DNA of 64,000 nucleotides from a virus (IMGVR_UViG_2806310985_000007:9811-73810), one strand, 5' to 3'; shown: positions 26,169 through 36,758, numbered from the stretch's first letter. Numbers and translations are program-made. The notes: generated from the letters alone by a model not told the origin.

Positions 26169-28694
26169 CTAATACAAATCTATAAATCGGCTCTCCGTGC
26201 TGCCGTCCTCATACTCAATGACCACTTCAATGCCCACCTGGGCGTCGTCGCTCAGCTTCTCCAGATTTTCCGAGCCGATCTGCGCCGACAGGGTGTAGCT
26301 GGAGCGGTTGGCGGGATAAACGGTCTGGGAGAGGCTTTTGGTCATGCCTGCCACGCCCTCTGCCTTGAAGGAAGCCGTGCCGGATGCGCCGTTTTCGCCG
26401 TCCGCTTCAAAGCCGGAGCTGACCCAATAGGCAAGCCCGTCATCAGCGCGGGAGTTTCGCAGCAGGTTAAAGGGAACCATTTCCCGGATATCGTTATTGG
26501 ACACCATACTGGTGCCCTCCAGGGAATCCGCCGCATTGTCCCACTGGCTGGCAGAGCTGCCCAGGTTTTTGAGCGTAGTGGAAAGCTCCAGCACCGTGTT
26601 CCACGGCTCCTGCAGGTTATACTCCCGGCGGACGATACGGGTGGTGACCGAAAGCCCCAGCTCCTTATCCTCCACACGGACATAATCCCCAAGCTCCCAG
26701 GCTTCATGCTCGTAGCCTGTCAGCACAGATAAGTCCATCGCATTCAGCACATAGGAGATGGTGGGCTTTGCGTAATCCGCCAGCCGCATCTCAGCGTATT
26801 CCTTCATCTGGTAGGGGTTCGTGAAGGAGGAGCAGTCCAGGGTGGAGATGCGCACCTCGTTTGTGTAGGTGAAATCCTCCACATAGGCTTTTCCGCCGTT
26901 GATGTCGGCAAAGGTCATCCCTTCCGCGCCTACAGCGTAGAGCCTTGTCACAAGCTCCCTGGTATCCACCACACGCTGGATGGATTTCATGTTTTTCCTG
27001 TAGGCAAACAGCGCGCCGCTGTCCCTGCCGTTTACCGTCAGCAGATGCACCAGACGGTTGGGGCAGTCAAAGACCAGGTCGCCGCCGTGAAGGTCTGCTG
27101 TATTTCTGAGGATGGACAGGGCATTCTTTTCCGTACTGGTCCAGGTGCGCTTTGTCCGTACCGTCACCGTACCGACGCTCCACTCGGTGCCCTCTAAGGC
27201 GTAGGCCATCGCGGTTTCCGGGTATTCCGCTTCAAAGGTTCTTTCTTCCTTGCGGACAGAGAATGTCAGGTCATAGAACTCCGCCTCCGCATACACCTCG
27301 GTCACGGCGCTGCCGTCCGTATCCCTGGTATCGGTGACCGTCCTGACCTTGTACACATCGTCCACGATCTGGATCTTCTTCTCGCTGTCGATATACCCAC
27401 GCTTGCCATCCCGGTAAGGGATCTTAAAGGAGAGGGTGTCCTCGCCGTTGATCTCGCCCGTGACAATGATGTCGTAGGCATTCTCCAGCACCGCCTCCCA
27501 TGCGCCATTCCTGTCCAGCACCACCGGCCTTGCGTAGCCGATCTTCTCATAGGGCGCTTTTGGGATGTCGTAGAGCCGGATATCGATGAGCTTTGGCGTC
27601 CGTGCAGTGTCGGAAGTCGTGAGCGTTACCCGGAAACGGATATACGCCCTGTTGGGAGAGGCCAGCCGCCCGTCTGCCGGGACTGCCGCCCAATCGCTCC
27701 AATCGGTCAGGTTATCACTGGTTGATGTCTCCACAAAGGAAACCGCCGTTGTGCCGGAAATATACTCGCTGGTTACGGACACACGTCCCGTGCCGGAGAG
27801 GTTGCACTCAGCCGCCGCTGTAGTCAGCACGCCCTCGGACGGATACACACCGCCGGATGCCCGGAGCGTGACTGCTCCCGGCTCGGTAATGCCGTCTACA
27901 CTCCCGGAGGTATCCCCGGCGTTCGCCACCAGGGAGGAGCGGAAATAGTCCATCAAGTCCTCTGCGGTAAGTGAGGTATCGCAGTCTAAAAACCAGTCGT
28001 CCAGCCCTCCGGCATACCAGTAGGAATCGGCGTGCATTCCAAGGATCAGATCCGCTGTGCAGGAGCGGTTCAGTTCCCCGGTAAAGGTGAAAACCTCCGA
28101 TGCCCACACAGTGCCGCTTTCACGGTCGCCCACTACATACTGTGCCGTCTTGTTATCCGGCTCGATCAGGCAGGCGATAAAATACCAGCCGCCGTTTACC
28201 AGGGAGAAGGACGGCGTGACCGTTTCATCCAGAATCAGGGAGCCGGTATCGTCATAGAGCATGACCCTCGGCCTGCCGCGGAAAAGGGAGAGGTAGAAGA
28301 TCGGCTGACCGGGACCGTATCTTGTGTTGAAGATCGGGCAGTAGGTGTTTCCCACAGAATAGGTGGTGGGGTTCATCCAGCCGCCGCAGAGGATACGCCC
28401 TCCAAGCTCTGCGAAAATGCTGCCGTCATTTGCGACCTTCAGATAGGTCTGCTCTGTGGCAGGGCTGTTGATATTAAAACGAAAGTAATTGCCTTTCTGC
28501 CCGCTCCGCATAGACGCGGTGGTGCCGCTCCAGTTGTTAATGAAGGCAGGTCTTCCCGCACCGGAGGAATCCAGAAGGTTGTTGTTTTCATCGGGAGCGG
28601 ATTCGTTCATCCGCCACAGGCCGTCCTTTGCCCACTCGGCTGGGAACTCGCCTGTGAAGTCTGTCTGTTGATTCAGTATTGTCTTTAGCGCCAT
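26169..28694 (-). CDS. Tail spike/Tal-like protein (LamG-like N-terminus, prophage endopeptidase-tail domain)
   Basis: Position after Dit; VTRLYAVG, LGDYVRVED. Confidence 0.8.
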   Translation of the reverse strand: MALKTILNQQTDFTGEFPAEWAKDGLWRMNESAPDENNNLLDSSGAGRPAFINNWSGTTASMRSGQKGNYFRFNINSPATEQTYLKVANDGSIFAELGGRILCGGWMNPTTYSVGNTYCPIFNTRYGPGQPIFYLSLFRGRPRVMLYDDTGSLILDETVTPSFSLVNGGWYFIACLIEPDNKTAQYVVGDRESGTVWASEVFTFTGELNRSCTADLILGMHADSYWYAGGLDDWFLDCDTSLTAEDLMDYFRSSLVANAGDTSGSVDGITEPGAVTLRASGGVYPSEGVLTTAAAECNLSGTGRVSVTSEYISGTTAVSFVETSTSDNLTDWSDWAAVPADGRLASPNRAYIRFRVTLTTSDTARTPKLIDIRLYDIPKAPYEKIGYARPVVLDRNGAWEAVLENAYDIIVTGEINGEDTLSFKIPYRDGKRGYIDSEKKIQIVDDVYKVRTVTDTRDTDGSAVTEVYAEAEFYDLTFSVRKEERTFEAEYPETAMAYALEGTEWSVGTVTVRTKRTWTSTEKNALSILRNTADLHGGDLVFDCPNRLVHLLTVNGRDSGALFAYRKNMKSIQRVVDTRELVTRLYAVGAEGMTFADINGGKAYVEDFTYTNEVRISTLDCSSFTNPYQMKEYAEMRLADYAKPTISYVLNAMDLSVLTGYEHEAWELGDYVRVEDKELGLSVTTRIVRREYNLQEPWNTVLELSTTLKNLGSSASQWDNAADSLEGTSMVSNNDIREMVPFNLLRNSRADDGLAYWVSSGFEADGENGASGTASFKAEGVAGMTKSLSQTVYPANRSSYTLSAQIGSENLEKLSDDAQVGIEVVIEYEDGSTESRFIDLY

Positions 28695-28700
28695 CGCCGC

Positions 28701-29486
28701 TCACCTCCATCTGCTCCTTGCCTGTATTTCAAGCCCCGTAAACACAGCGTTTGACGCTGCCACGGAGACAGTATTGTTACCCACAGAAAGCGTGGGAAAA
28801 TTCAGTTCCTCCAGATACGGCAGCCCGTTTCGCACCGTAATGCCGTTTTCATCCTCTACATAGGCGGTCATGCGGTCGGTATCCACCACCAGCGTTTCGC
28901 CCGCCGCAAGGGTGGCGTTAACGATCTTTAATTCCTGCCCGTTGGTCGTAATGCTGATATAGTTTCCTACTGCGGAGGTAATTTCTCCCTCAATACGGTA
29001 GATGGGATTCGACTCCATGTTCCCGGTATGCCGGGTTATGGTATGGCTGCCCTCCGCCGTGATGGAAAAGGTTTCATCCTCAATGGCGTAGCCAAAGGGG
29101 TCAGGGCAGAAAAAGGTCAGCTCAAAGCTGCCGGAGGAGCGCAGGAGCCGTTCGCACTCTACCGCAGCGTTCAGTCTTGCCATGAAATACCGGTCCGGCA
29201 CATCATCCAGAATCAGCTGCTTCAAACCGCCCACCGGGTCAAGCCACGCCGCAATATCATCCAGCGTGGAAACCAGGGCGGGAAAGCTGTGCCTTGGGAA
29301 GATGCTGCAGGAAACCACGATCTCCCGGTAGTCAAAGTCCGCTCCGAAGTCGGTAACGCCATACTTTCCGGGAACGGTCGTGGTAAAGTTGCGGAGCCGC
29401 CCGCTGACCTGCCAGGAGGTCAGCCTTGCTTTCAGTCCCATGCTCTTTGAAGTAATGTCATTGTATGAAAAGCCCATAGACTGCAC
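28701..29486 (-). CDS. Distal tail protein (Dit)
   Basis: VPG.YG, DDVPDRYFMA, F.CPDPF.Y; follows the tape measure gene. Confidence 0.85.
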   Translation of the reverse strand: MQSMGFSYNDITSKSMGLKARLTSWQVSGRLRNFTTTVPGKYGVTDFGADFDYREIVVSCSIFPRHSFPALVSTLDDIAAWLDPVGGLKQLILDDVPDRYFMARLNAAVECERLLRSSGSFELTFFCPDPFGYAIEDETFSITAEGSHTITRHTGNMESNPIYRIEGEITSAVGNYISITTNGQELKIVNATLAAGETLVVDTDRMTAYVEDENGITVRNGLPYLEELNFPTLSVGNNTVSVAASNAVFTGLEIQARSRWR

Positions 29487-29491
29487 CCCCT

Positions 29492-32164
29492 TTAAGCTGT
29501 ACTAAATCTTCCCTGGGCGCGGGAACCGGTCTGGATCAGGTTGTAAAGCTCCTGGGAGATCCTGCGGATATCGTCCTCGCTGCGGACGATCATCTGCTGA
29601 ATGGTGATGAGGGTTCCGAAAGAGGTGCCGCCCGTTCCGCCCATGCCGCCGGCCACGGAACCCGCCATCCCGGCTGTGTCAAAGGCAAAGTTCGAGGGGA
29701 CAGCGGACTGCATATCCGCCGCCAGGCCGTTCATCACGCCCAGGATGCCGTTGTTCAAATCCTCTGCGGCGCTGATAGCCGCGCCTGCGCCGTCCTCGAT
29801 GCCGCCGGCAAGTCCCTGGGTCAGCATATCGCCCACCCACGCCATCTCTCTGGACGGGGAGGAAATGCCGAAGAAGCCCTTGATTTTACTAAGCAGGTTC
29901 GAGCAGAAGCCGCTGACCTTGTTCCACAGCCAGCTTGCCGCATTCCCGATACCGTTCCAGATGCCCTTGATGAGGTTCAGGCCGATATTTGCCATCTGGG
30001 ACACACCGCTTGCAAAGCCCTTCACGATGGCGGAGATGATCTGCGGCACCGCCTTTACGATCTCCACAATGATTTTCGGAAGGTTGGCGATCAGGGCCAC
30101 AAAAAGCTGTACGCCGGCCAGGATGATCTTGTCGATGTTCCCGACAAGGGCGTTGATGATGCTTGTAATGATCTGTGGGATTGCTCCTACAATGGTGGTA
30201 ATGATGGTGGGCAGGTTCTGGATCAGGGAGATCAGCAGGTTTACCCCGGCTTCTATGATCTGCGGGATGCTGCCAAGGATCGCCGTCACCAGTCCGTCGA
30301 TAATCTGTGGGATTGCCGCCACAATGGCTGTGATGATCTCCGGCAGTGCGGAAATCAGGGAGGTCAGAAGCTGTATCCCGGCGTCAATAATTTGGGGGAT
30401 CGCCCCGACGATAAACTCCACAAGTGCCGTGATGATGGCGGGCAAAGCCGCAATCAGAACAGGGATAGCATCTAAAAGCCCCTGTGCCAGTCCCAGAATC
30501 AGCTGCAGGGCAGCGTCTAAAATCATGGGCAAGTTTTCAATCAGCGTCTGCACGATCTGCGTCACCACAAGGACGATCTGCGGAATCAGAGTAGGAACCG
30601 CCTCGGCAATGCCCTGCGCCAATGTAACAATGATCTGCGCCGCGCCCTCCACCACGACAGGAAGGCTCTGGATGATGCCAGAAAGAAGCGAGGTCAATAT
30701 CTGCATCCCGGTGTCCACAAACTGCGGCAGCATGGAAACCGCCGTATTCACAAGCCCCGTGATGGCTCCCGCAAAGGCTTCATCCGCACCGTCCACACCG
30801 TTTATCATATCGGTAAAGGCAGAGATGACCTCAGAAATGGCGGGAAGGAACTCCGCCCGCAGGCTGTTCTTCACATTGGAGATGGTCTCCCCAAGCCCCG
30901 CCAGCGTCTCATCCAACTGGGCCTGTCCCTCCCTGGAAGCCACCAGCGCCTCATTGTTGCGGTAAAACGCGCCGCTTGCCTCGTCATACGCCCCGGAGAG
31001 GGTCTCCATGATGAGACGGTTCCGTTCGCTCTCATCCGAGCAGGCCGCCAGCTTCTCGTTGAATTCGTCCTCGCTGATACCTACCCAGTTTAAGGCGTCC
31101 GCCAGGGAACCCGTGACCTGTCCCACCTTGGCAGTCTCGTTTGCCGACTCGATCATGCCCTCGATGGGGAGGGCGTCGCCGAAAGTGCCGTAAACGCCTG
31201 CGGCAATGTTCGTCCACTTGGTGATGTCCTGCTCATTTTGGGCAAGCTGCGCCAACAGCTGTGACGCTTCCGTGGCCGTGTCCGTATCGCCCAGGATTTT
31301 GTAAAACTCGTTGTAAGATTTCTGCGCCGCCTCGCCGCTGTAGCCGGCCGCCTCAAAGGCGGTGGTCAGCTTGCCCTGGGCTACCCGGTATTCCTCCGTG
31401 GCTTCGTCCAAGTTCCAGATGGCGCTGCCAAGCTCCTTGATACCGTTTAATGCCGCCTGGATACCGGAGGAGATGAGGTTGCCCATCGCCACCGTGGCTA
31501 CCGAAAAGCCGGAGCCTAATTTATCCGCCCCTTCAGAGGCATCCTCCAGCGAATCGCCAAGATCCTCCGCCACATCCCCGGCGTCCTTCATCCGCTCCCG
31601 GTTTTCCCGAAGTTCCACGGAAAGCCGGGAGATGCGTCCTTCCAGTTCCTTTGCCTCACTGGAGCCTTTACCGTACTGCAGCACGGCATTGGAATAGGCG
31701 CGCTTCATCCCTGCAAGCGCATCCTCCTGCCGGGCGATCTCCTGGGAGAGACGTTCCGTAGCGTCCGCTGCGTCTGTTTCCTCCCGGGAAAGGGCTTCAA
31801 TGGCGCGCTCATTATCGGAAAGCTCCCGCTCCATGCTGTTTAAGGCGGCTTCTGCGTTATTGAGCTGGATCTGCCAGTTCTGCGTGCGGCGGTCGTTCTC
31901 CCCAAAGGAATCTGCGGCGTTCCGGAGGGCGGCCCGCAGGGTTTCCACCTTGTTTTTCTGTGCTTCGATTTCCTTATTCAGCACAGTGTTCCTTGCGGAA
32001 AGCGCCTGCACGGACTTATCGTTTTTGTCAAACTGTGAGGACACCAGCTTCATTTCAGAGCCAAGCACCTTGAAGGACTGGTTGATCTCGGACAAGGCCT
32101 TTTTAAATTCCTTCTCGCCCTCAATGCCGATCTTCAGACCGAAATTATCCGCCACGGGCTGCAC
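29492..32164 (-). CDS. Tape measure protein
   Basis: 890 aa, GLKIGIEGEKEFK N-terminus, amphipathic repeats, FFGISSPS. Confidence 0.9.
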   Translation of the reverse strand: MQPVADNFGLKIGIEGEKEFKKALSEINQSFKVLGSEMKLVSSQFDKNDKSVQALSARNTVLNKEIEAQKNKVETLRAALRNAADSFGENDRRTQNWQIQLNNAEAALNSMERELSDNERAIEALSREETDAADATERLSQEIARQEDALAGMKRAYSNAVLQYGKGSSEAKELEGRISRLSVELRENRERMKDAGDVAEDLGDSLEDASEGADKLGSGFSVATVAMGNLISSGIQAALNGIKELGSAIWNLDEATEEYRVAQGKLTTAFEAAGYSGEAAQKSYNEFYKILGDTDTATEASQLLAQLAQNEQDITKWTNIAAGVYGTFGDALPIEGMIESANETAKVGQVTGSLADALNWVGISEDEFNEKLAACSDESERNRLIMETLSGAYDEASGAFYRNNEALVASREGQAQLDETLAGLGETISNVKNSLRAEFLPAISEVISAFTDMINGVDGADEAFAGAITGLVNTAVSMLPQFVDTGMQILTSLLSGIIQSLPVVVEGAAQIIVTLAQGIAEAVPTLIPQIVLVVTQIVQTLIENLPMILDAALQLILGLAQGLLDAIPVLIAALPAIITALVEFIVGAIPQIIDAGIQLLTSLISALPEIITAIVAAIPQIIDGLVTAILGSIPQIIEAGVNLLISLIQNLPTIITTIVGAIPQIITSIINALVGNIDKIILAGVQLFVALIANLPKIIVEIVKAVPQIISAIVKGFASGVSQMANIGLNLIKGIWNGIGNAASWLWNKVSGFCSNLLSKIKGFFGISSPSREMAWVGDMLTQGLAGGIEDGAGAAISAAEDLNNGILGVMNGLAADMQSAVPSNFAFDTAGMAGSVAGGMGGTGGTSFGTLITIQQMIVRSEDDIRRISQELYNLIQTGSRAQGRFSTA

Positions 32165-32173
32165 CTCCTCTCC

Positions 32174-32376
32174 TTAAATTCCATAGGGAATCACATCGTC
32201 AATGGTCAGCACCTGCTTCGGTCTTGCGATCCCCATAAACTGCTTATGGCATTCCCAGAGGTCCATAAGCAGGCCAAACGGCATGAGCCACACTTCATCC
32301 TGCGAGAGACTCAGATGGGCCATGCCGTAATACAAAAGCCGGGTAAACAATTCTTCATCGCTTACCCGGCCGCCGT
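32174..32376 (-). CDS. Tail assembly chaperone, -1 frameshift extension (GT part)
   Basis: Open -1 frame after slippery GGGAAAAAAC: HGGRVSDEELFTRLLYYG...IPYGI. Confidence 0.7.
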
Positions 32377-32742
32377 GTTTTTTCCCTCCGGCTCACTTTC
32401 CACGTTCCGCTTGGTACCCCGGTACATTGCCTCCATGATGGCGTCCTTGTAATCCGTCAGCTCCATCGGGGAGGTGAGAAGCTCCACCTCATCGGCAGTC
32501 AGCTCCGGCTTTTTGTCCTCCGGGTGTTTCAGGTTATGGACGAGGATAGGCTGGTTGCACAGAAGGGTGATCAGCCACACGATCTCGTCCAGAGCCATCT
32601 CAAAATTTTCCGCTTTCATCAGCTTCTCGCCCAGGTTCTCTAAGCCCCCGTAGCGTCCGGCGATGGCCTTGGTCGCCCTGGTGGTCAGGAGCATTTCGTA
32701 TTCCTGCCCGCCGATATTGACAGTAGCTGTTCTTTCATCCAT
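32362..32742 (-). CDS. Tail assembly chaperone (G)
   Basis: Lies between the major tail and tape measure genes; ends ...EGKNTAAG. Confidence 0.8.
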   Translation of the reverse strand: MDERTATVNIGGQEYEMLLTTRATKAIAGRYGGLENLGEKLMKAENFEMALDEIVWLITLLCNQPILVHNLKHPEDKKPELTADEVELLTSPMELTDYKDAIMEAMYRGTKRNVESEPEGKNTAAG

Positions 32743-32758
32743 ATCTCCAAACCTCCTA

Positions 32759-33370
32759 TTACCCTTCGCCGCCTGCGCCCGACGTCTGATCCGCATAGGA
32801 CGGCTCATAGACCTCATCGTACCAGCCCGTGATAACCGTGGGAGACACGCCGGCGTCCCCCTCGGTGACCTCAGCCTTCCAGGGGTGCTTGCCCTGGCCG
32901 TCCACCTTGTTGCGGCGCATGACTGTTCCCTCGATAGTAGGCGTGGAGAATTCAATGCTCTCGCCCTTGGTGGTCAGGTTGGTGGCAGGGATGCCGAACT
33001 TCACCTTGTACAGCCAGAAATAGCGGTACTTGCCGTTTGCTTTCTTTGCACGAAAACCAATGGCGACAGGTGCGCCGCCGTCCTCACTGGCGGAGATGAT
33101 AACGCCGTTCTGGTCGATTACCGCTCCTGTCAGGTCAGACGCAGCGGCTGCGCCGATATCGTCCACGCCAAGGGTGAGGGTGCCGCTCTGGAACTCCTTC
33201 ACCACCTCCGCAGCGCCATCGTCCGCATACAGCGTCGCCTCAGCAAGCTCCACGGAAAGCTCTGCGGTCATGGCTTTCGCAAGGGATGCCGGAGTGGCGT
33301 AGGTCTCGTTGCCATCCTCATCTTCCGTGATTTTTGAATAGAAAAGTTTATCAAGGCCAATGGTAGCCAT
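32759..33370 (-). CDS. Major tail protein (phi13 family)
   Basis: MATIGLDKL.Y, LYADDG, VAIGFRAKK. Confidence 0.9.
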   Translation of the reverse strand: MATIGLDKLFYSKITEDEDGNETYATPASLAKAMTAELSVELAEATLYADDGAAEVVKEFQSGTLTLGVDDIGAAAASDLTGAVIDQNGVIISASEDGGAPVAIGFRAKKANGKYRYFWLYKVKFGIPATNLTTKGESIEFSTPTIEGTVMRRNKVDGQGKHPWKAEVTEGDAGVSPTVITGWYDEVYEPSYADQTSGAGGEG

Positions 33371-33373
33371 ATC

Positions 33374-33715
33374 TCATTCCTCCGTTTCATAGGTTTTCGC
33401 CACGTCAATGGCGTAGTGGTGGTAGCCGGTATCGTCCTCATGCCCGATATACCGTCTGTCCGTAATGGTAAAATCAGCGGAAAGCAAAGCTTTGGAAAGC
33501 TGCTTTTTCCGCTTCAGATAGTTGCCCCTGGAGAACAGGGAGAGCCGTGCCTCCTGGGTCTCGTATTCCGGCAGGTTATCCGCATGAAGCTCGTAGGTAT
33601 CCGCAAGCGGCGTGACTACCACATATTCGTCCGGCGGTTCATCGGAGAACACGCCTGTTTCAACAGGCAGACCAACCGCTTCTATCACAATTTTCAGTTC
33701 CGAAAGTAAACTCAA
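33374..33715 (-). CDS. Tail terminator-like protein
   Basis: Synteny; HEDDTGYHH. Confidence 0.7.
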   Translation of the reverse strand: MSLLSELKIVIEAVGLPVETGVFSDEPPDEYVVVTPLADTYELHADNLPEYETQEARLSLFSRGNYLKRKKQLSKALLSADFTITDRRYIGHEDDTGYHHYAIDVAKTYETEE

Positions 33716-34143
33716 ATGTTCTCCACCTCCTCGTCCAGCTTTGCCTTCATGGCGCTGATACAGGCGTTTTTGGATGCCGACCGGGCGGGCTTCAGAAACG
33801 GCTTAGCAGGCTGGCCGCTTTTGCCGTATTCCAAAATGGTGGCGATCTTGGCATTGCTGTCGCCGTCCGAACGAGGCTCGGAAAAGCCCACCTTTATGTC
33901 AAAATCCCCGTTCCTGTCCTGCAGGGCGGGAGAAGTGCCAAGGGAGCGTAAAAGCTCCCCGGTGCTTCTGGAGTCATACTTTGTCCCGCTGCCAATGACA
34001 GACTGCAGGTTGGAGCGCACCTTGTCTTCCACGACCTCTGCACCTGCCTCCAGCACTTTCGGGATGATCTCATCCGTCTTATCCGCCAGCCGGGATACCT
34101 TCATCAGAAAATCCTCCGGCATTTTCATTTGAACCTTAGCCAC
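33712..34143 (-). CDS. HK97 gp10-like protein
   Basis: TGEL, LEYG...QPAKPFLKPA. Confidence 0.85.
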   Translation of the reverse strand: MAKVQMKMPEDFLMKVSRLADKTDEIIPKVLEAGAEVVEDKVRSNLQSVIGSGTKYDSRSTGELLRSLGTSPALQDRNGDFDIKVGFSEPRSDGDSNAKIATILEYGKSGQPAKPFLKPARSASKNACISAMKAKLDEEVENI

Positions 34144-34468
34144 CTGCTTTCACCTCCATCCCCAGCACCTCCAGATACATCCCTCTGCCTTTGACATCCT
34201 CCACAGAAGTGATCTCGAAGGTATGCCCGTCACAGAGAATACGCATATCTGTGGTGATTTCCACACCTGGGATCACACGGAACCGAAAAAGGTCGGTGGC
34301 AGTGGAGAAGGACGCCATGTTCGCCCATTTCTCACTGCCATGCCGACCTTCCCGGTATGCCCGTACCTCAGCTACGGTCACATCCGTTTCCGTCTTGAAG
34401 CCGTCCTCATCCTGTGTAAACCGTTTCTCTACGATGGAAAGGAAGGTGTTCATCTTGCCAAAGCTCAT
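34136..34468 (-). CDS. Head-tail adaptor (head closure)
   Basis: Synteny; FRFR, ITTDMRI, FEITSV. Confidence 0.8.
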   Translation of the reverse strand: MSFGKMNTFLSIVEKRFTQDEDGFKTETDVTVAEVRAYREGRHGSEKWANMASFSTATDLFRFRVIPGVEITTDMRILCDGHTFEITSVEDVKGRGMYLEVLGMEVKAGG

Positions 34469-34470
34469 AC

Positions 34471-34785
34471 TCACACCTTCCAATCTCGGTCAAGCCGTAA
34501 GAGAAGGTTGACCGTGTTCCACACCTGCTGCGCCGCATTGGTGTTGTCTGCGAAGAAGCCGCCTGTGGAGCCGTCCCTGGACTCATAGAAATGCGATGCC
34601 AGCATGATCACCGCCTGTTCGGTAGTGGCCGGCATCGCATTGTCTGTATAGTGGCCCTCCGGGATATGCTGGTAGCTTTCCGCATAGGAAACAGCGGCGG
34701 TGATGTAGCCCTTCAGAAGTTCATCATCCGCCGAATGCTCCAGAATGAGATTGGCTTTTACTTTTGAAAGCAGTTCTTCCATCAC
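34471..34785 (-). CDS. Head-tail connector (gp6-like)
   Basis: VKANL...DDELL..YI.AA, ASHFYESR. Confidence 0.85.
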   Translation of the reverse strand: MMEELLSKVKANLILEHSADDELLKGYITAAVSYAESYQHIPEGHYTDNAMPATTEQAVIMLASHFYESRDGSTGGFFADNTNAAQQVWNTVNLLLRLDRDWKV

Positions 34786-34800
34786 CGTCGCCTCCTTTTA

Positions 34801-36003
34801 TTAGCCCGCAGACTTCTGCGCCAGCACCTTGATGGCCTCCGGCAGGATCAGCTTGCCGTCCACGCGCTGGGAAGCAAGGAAACCTACCTGGCCGGTAGCG
34901 GCATACAGCTCGTTCAGACGCTTGAAGGAACGTCCCTGTCTGTCCGCGATCCAGTAATAGCTAAAATCACCGAAAGCCACGGTCTTTGCGTCTGCCGCAA
35001 TGGCAGGCATATACGCAGAGGTGCGTACCGGCTTTCCAAGCAGCAGGTCAGGAGCGCCTGCGGTCAGGGAAGGCTGCCACAGGTACTGGCTCTGGTTGTC
35101 CTTCAGCTTGCGAATCGCCTTGATGGTGGAATCGTTCAGCACCCACACAGCGTTTCTGCGGTAAGGGGCTTTCAGGGAGTAGAACAGGTCAATCAGCTCA
35201 TCGGCAGTGATAGCTGTGGCAGATGCCGCAGTCACCCCGGTTTCCGCTCCGCCCGTGGCGGCAAGGATACCCAGCGGCTTGCCGGAGCCGTCCCCGGTAA
35301 AGAACGCTTCCTCCTCCTTAGCGCCGATGCGGCGGGCAAACTCACGGGAGATGTAGCTCTCCAGGTCAAAGACGCTGTCGTTCAAAAGCTCCTCAGATAC
35401 CTTGATCATGGTGCCCAGCTTGTAAGCACCGATGGACACCTGACCGAAGGAATCATCGCTCTCCAGGTATGCACCTTCCTCATCAATCCAGGAGGCGGTA
35501 CCCTTGGTAGCCACCACAGGGATCTTGCGGTCGCCGCTGGAGGTCTGGATGATCTTCGCCAGCTGACGGAAAATGTTCTCCTCCTCCAGAGCCTCTACCA
35601 GAGTGCGCTCGTACTCGTCAGGGACGAGATACCCGCCCTCGGAATCGGTGCCGATCTGCAATGCGTTCATCACAGTGGGCATGGGAGTCTTGGAGCGCAT
35701 CATGTTCCAGAAGTTCTGGCGGTACTCATCGGTAGCGCGGCCGGTCTTGGCAGTTTCCTTGCCGTTCATGGGCTTGCCAGTGAGGGGCTTGTTCACCGGG
35801 CGGTTCAACTCCGCATCCAGCGCCTCCTGGCGCTCCAGACGGGCGATCTCCTTGCCAAGATCGGTGATCTCCTGCTCCATACGGGAGTAGGTGGCGTCAT
35901 CCTCAGCGGACAGCATACCTTTGTCGTTTCTATGGGAATCCAGGAATGCCTTGGTGGCCTCCCACGCCTTGGCGCGCTTTTCGCGCAGTTCAAGAATAGT
36001 CAT
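34801..36003 (-). CDS. Major capsid protein, HK97 family
   Basis: GGYLVP, WIDE, GDGSGKPLGI, FGDFSYY. Confidence 0.95.
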   Translation of the reverse strand: MTILELREKRAKAWEATKAFLDSHRNDKGMLSAEDDATYSRMEQEITDLGKEIARLERQEALDAELNRPVNKPLTGKPMNGKETAKTGRATDEYRQNFWNMMRSKTPMPTVMNALQIGTDSEGGYLVPDEYERTLVEALEEENIFRQLAKIIQTSSGDRKIPVVATKGTASWIDEEGAYLESDDSFGQVSIGAYKLGTMIKVSEELLNDSVFDLESYISREFARRIGAKEEEAFFTGDGSGKPLGILAATGGAETGVTAASATAITADELIDLFYSLKAPYRRNAVWVLNDSTIKAIRKLKDNQSQYLWQPSLTAGAPDLLLGKPVRTSAYMPAIAADAKTVAFGDFSYYWIADRQGRSFKRLNELYAATGQVGFLASQRVDGKLILPEAIKVLAQKSAG

Positions 36004-36017
36004 AGTCGTTATCCTCC

Positions 36018-36758
36018 TTAAAATTTCATCAAATTAAGCCGCTCATAGAGACTGTCTACGGAGCGGCCCTGGGGTTCAGGTTTCGGTTTGGTTTTACATT
36101 TCGCTGCGATCTTATCCATAAGGGAATTGACCACAGCAGCCTTGGAATACAGCATGGATACCGCAGGCGGTTCCATATCCTCCGGCACTTCGGAGCGCTT
36201 GAGAATATCATCGGCAAAGCCAAGCTCCACCGCCTTGCCTGCATCCATCCAGGTTTCCGCATCCATAAGGTGGGAGAGCCTTGTGCGGGAGAGACCGGTC
36301 TTGATCTCATAGGCATTGATGATGGAATCTTTCACGCTCCCAAGCATCTCGATGGCTTTCTGCATCTCTGCGGTATCGCCCATTGCCACGGTCATGGGGT
36401 TATGGATCATCATCATGGAGACAGGGCTGACCAGCACCTTTGTGCCAGCCATCGCAATGACCGATGCGGCGCTGGCCGCAATGCCATCGATTTTGACCGT
36501 AACGTTGCCCTTGTAATCCATCAGCATGTTGTAGATCTGAGCCGCCGCCACACAGTCGCCGCCGGGGCTGTTGATCCAGACGGTGATATCGCCGGAGCCT
36601 GCCATCAGTTCCTCCTTGAAAAGCTGCGGCGTGATGTCGTCGTCAAACCAGCTTTCCTCGGCGATGGTGCCGTTCAGGAACAGCGTTCTCTCCACTGTTT
36701 CCGTCTGATTCTCCTGATTCGTCACCGTCCTGTTTGTCCACTTCCAGAACTTCTTCAT
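36018..36758 (-). CDS. ClpP-type head maturation protease
   Basis: INSPGGD, IDGIAASAAS, MMIHNP, ETWM.A..AVELGFAD. Confidence 0.92.
   Translation of the reverse strand: MKKFWKWTNRTVTNQENQTETVERTLFLNGTIAEESWFDDDITPQLFKEELMAGSGDITVWINSPGGDCVAAAQIYNMLMDYKGNVTVKIDGIAASAASVIAMAGTKVLVSPVSMMMIHNPMTVAMGDTAEMQKAIEMLGSVKDSIINAYEIKTGLSRTRLSHLMDAETWMDAGKAVELGFADDILKRSEVPEDMEPPAVSMLYSKAAVVNSLMDKIAAKCKTKPKPEPQGRSVDSLYERLNLMKF

Noticed and set aside
22917-28694. Diversity-generating retroelement or tail-fibre invertase system
   Set aside because: No reverse transcriptase, template/variable repeat pair or inverted repeats were seen around the tail genes.
24087-31697. Long plus-strand ORFs (24087..25376, 29601..30965 and similar at 54822..56021, 57146..58183)
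   Set aside because: Antisense shadows of well-supported GC-rich phage genes, with no recognisable motifs.
29492-32164. Repeats in the tape measure gene
   Set aside because: Ordinary amphipathic tape measure periodicity.
36643-36758. 116-nt portal/ClpP overlap as a novelty
   Set aside because: A low-complexity portal tail running over the next start; not convincing as a separate function.
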